Shown: positions 43,622 through 57,419 of the stretch, piece by piece
Position numbering within the stretch: the first letter of the stretch is position 1
How the letters are laid out: every line of letters starts with the position of its first letter
NCBI GenBank assembly: GCA_951406725.2
Contig: OX597821.1
Location: forward strand, 112,034,001-112,098,000
Source of the DNA: Octopus vulgaris
Taxonomy: Eukaryota
DNA length: 64,000 nucleotides
Reading direction: 5' to 3'
The notes under the pieces: generated by a model
Told to the model about the DNA's origin: nothing
Seen by the model: only the letters and a program-made list of their open reading frames with translations
Databases searched by the model: none
Made by a program: the position numbers and the translations under genes

Positions 43622-43840
43622 CCCTTTAGCGTTCAGATTATTCAATCAAACATAATGCCTATTGATTCCCATTGATCTGAATTAATCATGCATTATCTCA
43701 TATCTTCAAGATCTTGATGGTGTAATTACCTAATGTAGAATAACATTGTGGGGTTGGTGTGAGAGCCTGGATCTGGTCAGTTTGAACATAAAACAGATTA
43801 GCTATTTTGGCCGGATATGGCCGGTTTAAATACTAAAGGG
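43622..43840. mobile_element. piggyBac-type MITE (family G)
   Basis: TTAA|CCCTTTAG ... CTAAAGGG|TTAA (TIR plus TTAA TSD). Partial or interrupted relatives lie at ~32201-32360, 36735-37400, 44367-44750 and 46440-46850. Confidence 0.8.
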
Positions 43841-44830
43841 TTAAGGGACCCTAAAAAAAAAAGGTGGGGAAGGGGGGCAAACTGATGAATATACACTGAT
43901 CTGATCATCCGCTAATCCTCCAAAAACCTGGGGGAAACAAGCTTAACAGGCAATAGGCCAACAATTACAAGAGTAACTGAAGCAATAATTGCAACATGAA
44001 AAAAAAAAAGAGGTTGCTCTGACATGCTTCATGGTTCATTGATGTTTTGCAAACAGCTTGCACATGCAAGTGCTGCCAGTCGAAAGCTCTGCATAACAGA
44101 AGCCAGCAAGTGCATGGGGCCATCAGGAGAGAATATGCGCCGTTTCAAGTCCTACTTCTCAACAGTATCTTTGCCCCTCCTCCCTGATACAAGGCCCCAC
44201 TCGCTAGATCAACTGGTTACCAAATAAAGCTCAATATTCTTCTAGCCATCACTCATCGTCTCTTTTTAACCAAATTCAGTGGCCAGCCTTTTTCCCCCCA
44301 CTCACTGAAAGACAAGTAACCCATCCATTTCTCTGACCATCAAGTGTAGCCATAGCAAATTGATGATTAAACTTTTAACATTCAAACAGGCCGTATCCAG
44401 GCAAAATATTCTGTTTGTTTTATTCAAACCATATACGTATGTATGTGTATGTATGTATATGTGTATATATGTATATATATATGTATGTATGTACATGTAT
44501 GTGTATATATGTATATGTATGTATGTTTGTGTATGCATAAACATATACATGGAAGTAATCCCGTTCCTTTTTGGTTTCACCTAGAAACCAAATAACACCA
44601 GAGATGTGACCTCTCACACCTACCCTACAATGTCATTCTGAAAATAAACAGTCACATCATCGAGATCTTGAAACTGTGAAATAACTGCATGAATAATTCA
44701 AAACAATGTGGATAAATAAGCACCGCATCTGACAAATGCTAAATGGTTAAATCAAAACCTAAACAGAATTTGGCTATAATGGTTAGCTTAATTTGCATAT
44801 CAGGCATTTGTCTGACGTCTCTAATTTCTC

Positions 44831-45228
44831 TACATAATTTACATTTTGACAGATATTTGTCCTCATCTTGTTTGTTGTAAACACAATGTTTTGGCTGATA
44901 TACCTTCCAGCCTTCAACAGGTGTCTTGGGGCAACTTCAAACCTGGGTTCTCATTCCTAAGGTATTTTTCGAGGTTTTTATTATCATTATTATTATTATT
45001 ATAATATGCCTGGAACTGAACTAGGAATCTTGGGGTTAGTAGCCCGTGGGCAATTTATGGAGTGAATTTTAGGGCTTATAAATCTAATATTTTCCCATCC
45101 TTCCTTAATACCGGTTCCCTTATGCTGCTCATATCTGCACTCGGTCTACTTAGGAGGTTTTTGTGTCCTAACATATGAGCTGCTTCTTTTAGTTTTTGTA
45201 TTTTCCAGTGATGTTCTCTGTCTATTGT
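44831..45228 (-). mobile_element. 5'-truncated Penelope-like element: ORF end, partly deleted tRNA-like segment, (AAT)n, degenerate hammerhead and tail (family D)
   Basis: The tail is near-identical to 35981-36208 and 59218-59470 and is contiguous with the GIY-YIG-like peptide. Confidence 0.75.
45076..45228 (-). pseudogene. 3' end of a Penelope-like element ORF (C-terminus of the GIY-YIG endonuclease region)
   Basis: Translates without frameshift as TIDREHHWKIQKLKEAAHMLGHKNLLSRPSADMSSIREPVLRKDGKILDL*. This resembles the PLE GIY-YIG C-terminal pattern I(L)DxExxWxxRxxKEAxxI...NxxNR...S.IW.P.L. A hammerhead-bearing tail follows. Confidence 0.75.
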
Positions 45229-46360
45229 TCAATGTATGCCTTTTGTCAATTTTGCTACTGGCACTCCGTCAGTTATGATGATGTGGGTTCCAGTTGATCT
45301 GATAAACCAGGAGGCCCCAAATGTTTTAGTCCATCGACCCTTTCATGGAATACTTGACCTCCCCCTCATCGACCCAAGGCATGTACAAGAAAATAAATAA
45401 ATAGTCCCATCGACTCCTTGGATAGTCTCATCGACCCCCAGGGGTCAATATCGAACACTTTTGTGGATTTGGGCAGTGAATTCAGGTCAGTATATTCACC
45501 AGCCTGTTCCTCATTTCCTTTTTAAGGGTACCTTGATTAGACCTTATTAGGGGCATTTTTCTGCTGTTCATTGCCTCCTCCAAACAAAAAGCTCAACTGA
45601 ATTTGTATTTCATAATTCAGGTATTTAAACAAAACCATTTTTGCTGGTTTTCTTTCTCCAACTAAGAGGGAAAATTGCATATGGTACATGTTAAGGATGG
45701 ATGAGAGCATGAATTTTGCAACAGGATGTTCTTATCAGCAACCAATTGACGAACAGGACTGGATGCATCATAGCATACCTTGAACTTAAAGAGATGACAT
45801 AAGAGTTTCGTTTTGTGTATTCATTTTTGTTTGTTTTCTTTGTTCTTTTGCTTTCCAGAGTTACCACCTTCCTAGACAGGTTGTCTGCACTACCTGCAGC
45901 TTGCGGAGTTGACACCTCTTCTGTTTATTTGTTTGTTTGTTCCTTTTTTTTAATAGCATGACATTATGAAGTGCAAACACGCAGTTACAAGAATGTATTT
46001 CACGACATCTGTGTAGATGTGATTATTTTGATGTTAGAATTACAAATCTTAGCACCAGCAGCTTGGCGTTGTTCCTGCTTCCCACAGAGTTGCCAGACAG
46101 AAGGATTAAACTCCTCTGAAAGGAATCATTCAAACAGATAATATAGGAATATGGTAAGATGGGAATAACTTGCAGCCTTGAGGAACAGACAAGCATCCAA
46201 ACGAAACGCAAACATATTGGAACCATTCCAAGCATCACACTGCACTGTACTGCATCAACACACACACACACACAACAGAGACTATAATAAGTGTAGGATG
46301 CCACACATCAATATTTCATAATTTCTACAAAGTTGCTTGCATCAACAACAGCAACACGGA

Positions 46361-46724
46361 ATTTAAATGAAAATTGTATATCGCTTACGATACATGGTTT
46401 ATGTGAATAGGGTACTTCTGTTACAATCATTTCAGGGGTTTGTCCCTTCGGCATTTAAACTGGTCTCATCTGGCCCAAATATGCGACGGGTGTTATGTTA
46501 AAACCAACCAGATCCAACATCTCACACCTACCCTACAATACCATTTAAATGAAAATTGTATATCTCTTACGATACATGGTTTATGTGAATAGGGGACTTC
46601 TGTTACAACCATTTCAGGGGTTTGTCCCTTCAGCATTTAAACTAGTCTCATCTGGCCCGAATATGCGACCGGTGTTATGTTCAAACCAACCAGATCTAAC
46701 ATCTCACACCTACCCTACAATGCC
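46361..46724. repeat. 182-bp direct tandem duplication
   Basis: 46361-46542 is highly similar to 46543-46724. The unit includes flank sequence plus part of a family G MITE. Confidence 0.9.
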
Positions 46725-48072
46725 ATTCTATAAATAAACAATCGCATTGTCGATATCTCAAAACTATGAGATAATCCATGATTAATCCAAAACTATGTCA
46801 ATAAATAAGGATTAAAATTAGTAGGATAATCTGAATGCTAAAAGGTTATATAAAGGTGACATGCCTGTTATGACTGTCACAACACCTGTATGAATATCAT
46901 ATCTATTATGATGGCGATACAGTTTATATGGAAGTCATATGACTTATGACTGTTACAGTGCTTGTATGATTGTCTTATCTATCTTATGACATTAGTAGTG
47001 TTGGTATGACAGTCACATCTCTGGTGTTATTTGGTTTCTAGGTGAAACCAAAAAGGAACAGGATTACTTGTATATAAATGTATATGCATACACAAACATA
47101 CATACATACATACACATACATACATATATATATATATATATCGTTACGTTCTGAGTTCAAATTCCGCCGAGGTCGACTTTGCCTTTCATCCTTTCGGGGT
47201 CGATAAATTAAGTACCAGTTACGCACTGGGGTCGATGTAAACGACTTGATCCCTTTGTCTGTCCGTGTTTGTCCCCTCTATGTTTAGCCCCTTGTGGGCA
47301 ATAAAGAAATATATATATATATAGTTATATATATATATATACAGATAGATATACATATATACACATACATACATATATATATATACATATGTATATGCAT
47401 ATATACACATACATAAATATGCATATATATATATATATATATGTACATATTTACACATATACACATATCTATCTTTCTCTCTCTATATATATCTATCTAT
47501 CTATCTATACACACACATACATTAGTATGTGCAATATATATGCATCCATACATATGTTTGTGACACAAACACAGGCATTTTTACAAAGATGTGTTTACAC
47601 ATACAAATGTAAATGCAATTCCACCCCATTTCTACCCTGCACCCTGCATGTCTATCTTACAAGATTCAGATATTATTTAGCTTTTCCAACAAAAGATTGC
47701 CTTGGGAATTCTATTCAAGTTAGATTTCTTGCATAAAGCGCAATGCAAACTTCACAATTAACTGGAGACTTAGTTAATAGCTATTTATCTCCATTCTTTA
47801 TTTAATTATTAAAACAAAATTGATCTAATAGATATTCAACCTCATATTCACTGATTTAAAAAAAAAAAAAGAGAAAATGACACAAGGATATTATTAGCTA
47901 ATTAATTGGGTGTAATTAAGATAACCAATAGAAATGGAACTATCTGGAAAACTTTAAATATAGATCTAAGATTTAGTATTGTTATCGATTTTGAGAATAC
48001 TATTTAGAAGCTAGCTGGATTGTGTGACATAATGTTATCTAGGTGAGTTCACAAGATGTAGAACCTTATGAA

Positions 48073-48439
48073 TCTCTATATATATAAACGGCAAAATGTC
48101 TGTCTGTGTGTGTGTCCTTTATACAAATCCACAATTTTTCAGTTAGAGGGCTTGCACTTTCTATGGTCATTCAAAACCATCCAAGGGTGGTCGTGCACAT
48201 CTTTTCATTTCCCCAGTCACGCTGCAAAGCCATTAAAAATCAATAGAAGTGACTTTTTTGTGAATTTTCTATCCAAAACCCAATCAAAATGCCCAAAACG
48301 TGACATGCTAATTGAATGCCAGCTAGCTGTATGTGATTGGTCGGAGATTTGGACAGTACTCGCGTGTATGTGCGCACACATGCAATTGTATATGCATGCA
48401 CTAGCACTATGACCAGGCGTTGCTGGGTCATAGTGCTAG
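48073..48439 (+). mobile_element. Non-autonomous Helitron with the same 5' end as 14458 and a different interior
   Basis: A|TCTCTATATATATAAACGGC ... hairpin ... CTAG|T. Confidence 0.8.
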
Positions 48440-49585
48440 TAACAAATATACATTTCATTATTGCCCACAAGGGGCTAAACATAGAGGAGACAAACAAGGA
48501 CAGACAAAGGGATTAAGTCGATTACATCGCTCCCCAGTGCGAAACTGGTACTTTATTTATCGACCCCGAAAGGATGAAAGGTAAAGTCAACCTCGGCGGA
48601 ATTTGAACTCAGCACGTACCGACAGACAAAATACCGCTAAGCATTTCGCCCGGCGCGCTAACGAGTCTGCCACCACACCGTCTAGTCATAAATATAAGAA
48701 CACACATGTGTATATGCGTTGTTCTTGTCAGAAACCCTTGAGTTTTTCAGGTACTTCACGCAAAGAAGAAAACTTGGATATCCCTTATTATTTCCCATTT
48801 CATTTCGTTTTTATGGCGCATGCTTGGTTGTCTGGTTACAAGTCTGTTTTCCAACTCCTTGCTTCCAGGTTCAGTCGTGTCTCCTACAATAGCCTCAGGA
48901 TGACCACAGCCTTGTGAGTGGATTTGGTAGACAGAAACTGAATGAGATGACAATAAATAATAATATTTAGTACAAGCACAAGGCCAGCAATTTTCGGTCA
49001 GTGGATAAGTTGATGACATCGACCCCAGTACTCAACTGGTATCAGTGCTGGTGGCACATAAAAAGCACCATTTAAGTGTGGTGGATGCCAGTGTTGCCTG
49101 ATAGGCTCCCATGCTGGTGGCATGGAAAAAGCACCCATTATGCTCTTGGAGTGGTTGGCGTTAGGAAGGGCACCTAGTTGTAGGAACCTTGCCACAAAAG
49201 AATGGAGCCTGGGGCAGCCTACTGGCTTACCAGCCCTCAGTCAAACCAGTCAACCCATGCCAGCATAGAAAGCAGACATTAAACGATGATAATGATGATG
49301 ATGATGATGATTCCACCTTGCTGCCTTTCAATGATAATAATAATAATAATAATAATAATAATCAAAATGATAATCTAGTATAGGTACAATGCCTGAAATT
49401 TGGGGGAAGGGAGATAGTCGATTACACTGACCCCAGTACACAACTGGTACATATTTTATTGACTTTGAAAGGATGAGCAGCAAAAACGACCATGGTGGAA
49501 TTTGAACTCAAGAACATAGCGACGGGTGACATTCCACTTAGCATTTCGTCTCAGCATGCCAATGATTCTTCTACTTCGCTGCCTT

Positions 49586-49621
<36 letters not shown>

Positions 49622-50769
49622 CCTTTCTGCTGATAGGTACAATGTCTGAAATTTTGGGGAAGGGGGACTAGTCGATTACATCGACCCCAGTACACAACTG
49701 GTACTTATTCTATCGACCCCGAAAGGATGAAAGGCAAAGTCGACCCCAGCAGAATTTGAACTCAGAACATAGTGACAAGCCAAATATCACTCAGCATTTT
49801 GTTCGGCATGCTAACAATCCTGCAAGCTCAACACCTTAATGATGATGATGGTGATGGTGATGATGATGGTGATGATGATGATGATGATGAAGATGCAAAT
49901 TTTTGGTACAAGGGCAAGAATTTTATCGGGGTAACGTCCAGCACTTGGCTGGTATTTATTTCACTGACCCCCGAAAAAGAGGAAAACCAAAGTGAACCAT
50001 GGCCAGTGTTTTTACCTCAAGACAAAAATCTAGATGAAATATAGCCAATTGATTTTCACTGATGAGCTAACGATTCTGCTCTTTCACCACCTTAATAATA
50101 ACAACAACAACAACAATAATAAGAAGAAGAAGAGTAAGAAGAACAACAACAACAAAAGAGAATATACATAGAAGAGAAAGAGGGGGTAGGTGGAGACAAA
50201 GTGATTGTGCGTGTTTTTGATGAACGGATTATAAGTTGAGTGCGTGTTAAATTAAGATTGTCAGTTTATATTAAATTGCGATAATTAGTGTAGTGTGTGA
50301 TAAATTGATATTGGAGTTAGAGAGTACAAAGAAGAGAGAATGAATGAGAGAGGGGGGGGAAGAAAAGGAGAGAGAGAAAGTGTAAGACAATAAAGTAGCT
50401 GAAAGTTTCAGCTGCCCAAAATCACGGCAAACTCTCATCAAAGGGATCTGCACCAATAAGGGTCAACGAAAGAACCAGCCTCGACACAGGCACTCAGTTT
50501 ACTAGAAATAATAGTCATATGTCCACAACTAATAACAGCCTACTAATTCAAAAAAAAAAAAGAAAAGAAAAATGAACACGTTAAAGAGTGTAGTACTAGA
50601 CATATGTTAAAAGACAGGATGGTCATGCCTGGAATGACTGAAGATAAGTCTGTTCAATCAGGACTGATGTGGGAACTAAATAACAAGCATAAGTGAAGAA
50701 CAAAGAATTCAGGTGAAAGAAGGCCCCTGTGTCATTCTTTCTGACAATGGATCTCACGATCACAAATCA

Positions 50770-51095
50770 GCCCAGTACCTCCAGCTGGTACTTAAAATAC
50801 CGACCCTGAAAGGATGACAAGCAAAGTCTGCCTCAGCGGAATTTGAACTCAGAACATAAAGACAGAGACGAAATACCTATTTCTTCATTACCCACAAGGG
50901 GCTAAACATAGAGGGGACAAACAAGGACAGACGTAGGTATTAAGTTGATAACATCAACTCCAGTGTATAACTGGTGCTTAATTTATCGACCCCGGAAGGA
51001 TGAAAGGCATAGTCGACCTCGGCGGAATTTGAACTCAAATGTAAAGACAGACGAAATACCGATAAGCCTTTCGCCTGTCGTTCTACCATTTCTGA
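50770..51095 (-). mobile_element. SINE family A partial tandem dimer
   Basis: Same junction GAAATACC|TATTTCTT at 50877/50878. Confidence 0.7.
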
Positions 51096-51537
51096 AGCAC
51101 AGCATATTGCCAAAGGTCTGGGTCACTTGTCATCGCCTCTTTATGGCCCAACATTAGAAGGTCAAGCTTCAGCACCTCATCCCATGTCTTCCTGGGTCTA
51201 CCTCTTACACAGGTTCCCTCCGCAGTTAGAGATCGGCACTTCTTTACACAGCTGTCCTAGTCCACACGCATCACATACATATATATATCCTTTTATTTGT
51301 TTCAGTCATTTGATTGCGGACATGCTGGAGCATCACCTTAAGTCATAGAAATCTACCCCAGGACTTATTCTTTGTAAGCTTGGTACTTATTCTATCGGTT
51401 ACTTATGCCAAACTGCTAAGTTACAGGGACACAAACACAGACACACTAACATGTACACACACATACAGATATATATATATTAGAAATATATATATTTCTA
51501 ATTTTCCGATATGTGGCTAAGCAACCTGTTGCTTGCC

Positions 51538-51578
<41 letters not shown>

Positions 51579-51754
51579 GATGAGTTTCTTTCAGTTTCTG
51601 TCTAACAAATCCACTCACAAGGCTTTAGATGACCCCAGGCAATAGTAAAAGACACTTGCCTAAGGTGTCATGCAGTGGGACTGAACCCGGAAACATGTGG
51701 TTGGGAAGCAAACTTCTTAACTACACAGCCACACATACATGAATATGCAGACAT

Positions 51755-51853
<99 letters not shown>

Positions 51854-53561
51854 AATTGCAGTTCTAACACAGTTATCATTTCTTCAAAGACACAAAATGG
51901 TCAGTGGCAAGAATTGGACATAAAAACGAAAAAAATAAATGAATAAAAAAAAAAAAACCTAAATGCAAATAGAAACAAATAATCAAAAATCTTTTTTACT
52001 CTCAGAAAACAATGACTTTTCCAGAATTGGATAAACGAAAATAAAATAATTAATCTTTGCTTTGTTTTATTTTATTGGGGATTTTGTGTGTGTGAGTGGT
52101 GGTGGTGGTGGTGGGGGTGATGCTTTCATATTTTTGCTTCTTCATATATATATTTTTTATTTTATTTTATTTTATTTCAAAAATAGTTTTACGAAATTTC
52201 ATTAACGTAACCAACGAATGTGAAAACAGTTAAAAAGGAGCAAATGTTAAAACAAGAAAACCAAAAAAAAAAAACCTATTGAGAAATAAGAAAGATGTAT
52301 GAACTAACGAACCAATAATATCACCATCACCACCATCATCATCATCCTAGTCACCTTATAATGTCCGCTTTCCATGCTGGCATGGGTTGGATGGTTTGAC
52401 TGAGGTCTGGCAAGCCAGGAGAGGCTGCACCAGGCTCCAATAAAATCTGGCTACGTTTCTACAGCTTGATGCCCTTCCTAACGCCAACCACTCCTAAAGT
52501 GTAGTGGGTGCATTTTACGTGCAACCAGCACAGGAGCCAGTTACGTGGTGCTGGCATCAACCATACTTGAATGGTGCTTTTTTTATGTGCCACCGACACG
52601 GGAGCCAGTCAGGTGGCACTGGCAACAACCATGCTCGAATGGAGCTTTTTATGTGCCACCAGCTAGGCAGAAGGCCTGAAGCTTTGGGAGAGGAGACTAC
52701 TAGGCAATCACATCGACCCCAGTGATTCACTGGTACCTTAATTTATTGACCCTGAAAAGGAACAAAGACAAAGTCGAACGCGGAGGAGGAATTTGAACCA
52801 AGAATGTAAGATGGACAAAATGCTGCAAAGCACTTTTGCCTGGCATGCTAACGATTCTGCCAGCTTGCAACCAAAATAATTATGATGATAACGAGAGTAA
52901 CAATAATGAGAATAATAACAGAAGTAATAATAATAATAATAATAATAATGATAATGGTAATGGTAAATGATAATTTCTATATACAAGATGAAGAATCACA
53001 TCCAAAAACAGATTAATTCTTTGTTTTATGTACACAAAGGAATTGAACAGTCATTGTTTATCAAAACCAGCCAAACAAAACAACACACAGACACACACAC
53101 ACACAGAGTACCCCACATCTCCTCACCACCCCCGCCACTCCACCCAACAGTCCAACAAAGCCTTCAACTGACTAAAAAAACAAAAAAAGGAACAAAAAAA
53201 AAAAAGTAAACATAAATATAAACAAATATATGAAGAATAGAGAAGGGGGGAAGAGAGAGGGGTTGGAGAAAAACTTTTCGGAATCTTTTTGTTCTTTTTG
53301 TTTTTGTTTTTGTTTTTTTTACTCCTTACACCCCTCCACTCACCACACCACCCACCTCTCACTTCCCATCACAGTGTTTATCTTTCTGCAAGTGGGGGGG
53401 GGGGAGCAGAGAAGGAGAAGGGCATTGGCAGGAAGGGTGGGGGGTGGGCAAGAATAGAAATTCCCACTGTAAAACCAACATTCCAAACTCCCACCCACCC
53501 CCAAAACACCCCTTTCGGTATTTCTTTTTCCTCCTCTCTGTTTCCCTTTATTATTATTATC

Positions 53562-53593
<32 letters not shown>

Positions 53594-53900
53594 TATCATT
53601 ATCATTATTATCATTATTATCATTAATATTATTATCATCATTTAATTTATATATATATATATATATATATACATACATAATATGTATGTATATATATATA
53701 TATATATATAGATAGATAGATAGATAGATAGATGTATATATATATATGTGTTTTTTATTATTTCATTTCTTTTAACGACGGTGGCGATGGGTCCTTTTGC
53801 AATAATTACAATGCAAGAATGTTATATGTATTGTTCATGATATTGTTGTTGATGTTCGTTTTTGCTGTGCTTTGTATGTTTGTTGGTTGTGGCCCTCCGC

Positions 53901-53943
<43 letters not shown>

Positions 53944-54164
53944 TTTGTATGTGTGTTTGTTTATTATCTATGGAAACATAACAAGATAGAGAAACTGACA
54001 TAAGGTGTAGTGATGTGGTGGCAGTGGTGGTGGTAGTGGTGGTGGTAGTGGCAGGAGGAGGCATGTAAACAAAAGATGCGGAAAATAAGGAAATAAATAA
54101 GCAAACGGGAAAATGAGCAAAAATCTGCTACCATTGAAATTGTCATATAATCATGCAGGCAATC

Positions 54165-54273
<109 letters not shown>

Positions 54274-54332
54274 ATATATATACATATATGTATATAAATA
54301 TATATATATATATATGTATACATATATATGTG

Positions 54333-54371
<39 letters not shown>

Positions 54372-55199
54372 GTATACATGTATGTGTATATATATATGTA
54401 TACATGTATACATATATATATATACATGCATATATATATATGTATATATACACACATATATATATGAATACATATATATGTATGCATATATATCTATATG
54501 TATGTATGTATATAAATATAAATATATATACACGTATATCTGGGTGTGTTTATGTATATCTCTCCGTGTATATATGTACACACATATATAAATTGTTTTA
54601 TGAGGGACATAAACAAACACCGCCACCTCCTAAGCAACTGTCATTACAAACATATACATAAACAAATATGTATATATATATATATATATATATAAACACC
54701 ACCTATATATATATACACACACACGTATATTATGTAAAGAGAAAGAGCTTTACATTCAAACATATTAAAGACACAATGATGTTCATTATTATGAAATCAT
54801 TATTATTAATAACTGCATTCTTTATTATTTTTAATTTATGATATTTTTTTTCTATATTTCTTTATTGTGCCAGTATGTTTGGATTGGAACAATACCATTC
54901 CTGAATCCATTAAGCCAATTCATAAGCATTTCAAGACCTTCACAATCTGATCCTCAAAATAAATTGATAATTACATAGGTGTGTTGTTCATGCACTTTGT
55001 AGTCAGCAGGAAAAGATCATGGGAATAATCATGACACCAATAAAAGTATCAATGCCAGATATATAAATTAGGCAACAGTAATTCCTTGTAGATTTAATGA
55101 TGTGCATTTTTATGTGGTCTTGCAGATTTAGATTTGCATTTTTCTGTAGTAAAGCTTCCGTAGTTTTTGTTTTATGTGAAATAGAAATAATAACAGATG

Positions 55200-55451
55200 A
55201 ACTGAGCTACAGCAAATATTTCTGCTCAGTAACACAGATTTGTATGTCAGTTGTTTGAGCGTAACCAGTTAAGCATGTCCTTTAATGGCATAGGAGTGGC
55301 TGTGTGGTAAGTAGCTTGCTTACGAACCACATGGTTCCGGGTTCAGTCCCACCCCGTGGCACCTTGGGCAAGTGTCTTCTACTATAGCTTCAGGCCAACC
55401 AAAGCCTTGTAAGTGGATTTGGTAGATGGAAACTGAAAGAAGCCTGTCATA

Positions 55452-55503
<52 letters not shown>

Positions 55504-56098
55504 TGTGTGTATATGTTTGTCTCCCAACATCGCTTGACAACCAATGCTGCTGTGTTTACGTCCCCGTAACTTAGCAGTTCGGCAAAAGAAACCAATAGAA
55601 TGAGTACTAGGCTTACAGAGAATAAGTCCTGGGGTCGATTTGTTCAACTAAAGGCAGTGCTCCAGTATGACCACATTCAAATGACTGAAACAAGTAAAAG
55701 AGAGAATAATGGCCGACGATATGTGCATCCCTGATCATGAGCAGAAGTAGTGGGGGGAGGGGGTATCATAGCCATGTGTTGAGAGGAATTCTTTGGGGTT
55801 TGAATAATTCACCCTTGGAAACATGGGTGTTTTGATCAACATCCTTAAACAACCTTCATTTCAAAGACTTTTTGAATGGGATGGGTTACTTGACCTGAAG
55901 AAAATTCTGATTGGGTCTCACCTGCAAGGTCGTGCACTGTTTATCTTGATGTGAGATCACCATGTCGCGCACTTATGTCTGTGATGCATGTGCCTGGTGT
56001 ATCCTTATCAGACGGGTAGTCGTGATGGGCTTCATATATTTGTTATCCAATGTCACTTTGATGACACACGTTGTTCTCACTCCACAACAACAATAATA
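55200..56098 (+). mobile_element. Interspersed repeat ending in (AAT)n (family F), interrupted by the family B SINE
   Basis: Its 3' part (CCTTATCAGACGGGTAGTCGTGATGG...TGTCACTTTGATG...CTCACTC) matches an inverted copy at ~20940-21050. Confidence 0.55.
55287..55705 (+). mobile_element. SINE family B, full copy nested in another repeat, with candidate TSD TAATGGC
   Basis: Colinear with the 24044 copy; TAATGGC occurs on both sides. Confidence 0.8.
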
Positions 56099-56847
56099 AT
56101 GAGCAATAAGGGGAGTAACTGTTATCCCAGTTGTTGTAAGGGCACTGAGAGTATTAATCAAATTCGAGAAATACGTGGGAGAAATTGGATTTGACATGAG
56201 GACAGAGCAGGGCCCAAAACTGTCTTGTAATTTGTGGTAAGAGACCCTGTGAGGCCTCTGACAACAACTTGCCATCCACTCTCATAGAAACAACCAGAAC
56301 AAGTGAGACCAAGAGCTCTGAGAAGTATAATAATAATAATAATAATAATGATGATAATGATGCTTTTAAATTTTGGCACAAGGCCAGCATTCTTGAGGCT
56401 GGCAGGAATAAAATTACATTGATCTCAGAACTTGGCTGGTACTTATTTTTTGAAACCCAAAAGGACAAGAAAGCAACGTCAACTTCAGATGAATTTGAAC
56501 TCCGAACATAAAGTTGAATAGAAAGCCGCTAAGCATTCATTTTCTCTGGTGTGCTAATGATTCTGCCAGCTTAATAATAATGATGATGATGATGATGATA
56601 ATAATAGTAATAATAATAATCTTTTTTACTGGAAGCACAAAGCCTTGAATTTGGGTGAAGGGATTCAGTCTATTACATCGACCCCCAGTGTGTAACTGGT
56701 ACTTATTTAATCAACCACCCTGAAAGGATGAATGGCAAAGTCAACCCTGATGGAATTTGAACTCAGAATGTAGCGCAGACGAAACAGCGCTAAGCATTCC
56801 GCCCAGTGTGCTAATGATTCTGCCAGCTTTCCGCCTTAATGATGATG

Positions 56848-56880
<33 letters not shown>

Positions 56881-57419
56881 GCAACAATAATAATAATAAT
56901 AAAAGCGTATTGTGTAGTTGCTGTTCTTTAGAGAACACAAGATAGAATTCAAAGTGTGGAACGATCTGACCAATTTGTACAAGACTTTGTTCAAATTTCA
57001 ACAGTTTGTAATACTTAATGTCTTGGTTCCAACAGAGATAATACCATTTTTTTGTTTGTTTGTTTGTTTGTTTGTCAGAAGAATCCACAGAATCAACAAC
57101 AACAACAACAACAAAAACACCGCCGGCAGTGACAGTAACCATTATTAGGTCTTAATTAACAATTCGGTTCCAGCAGGCGAGGCGGGCGGGCGGGGTGGTG
57201 GTGGGGGGGAAAGTTTTAGGGGTGGGGTGGGGTGTGTGTGTGTGTGTGAGTGGTAGGTGGGATGGCGGTGGAGATGTGTGAGGGGGGGGGCGGCAGTGAA
57301 ATGCTCATTCTTTTATTGGATTGTTGTTGTTGTTGATGTTGTTGTTGTTAGGTGGTTTGTTGATGTATTCATGTATTGTTTTCACTTGCCTTTGTATATA
57401 TAAAAAAACACAAACATAA

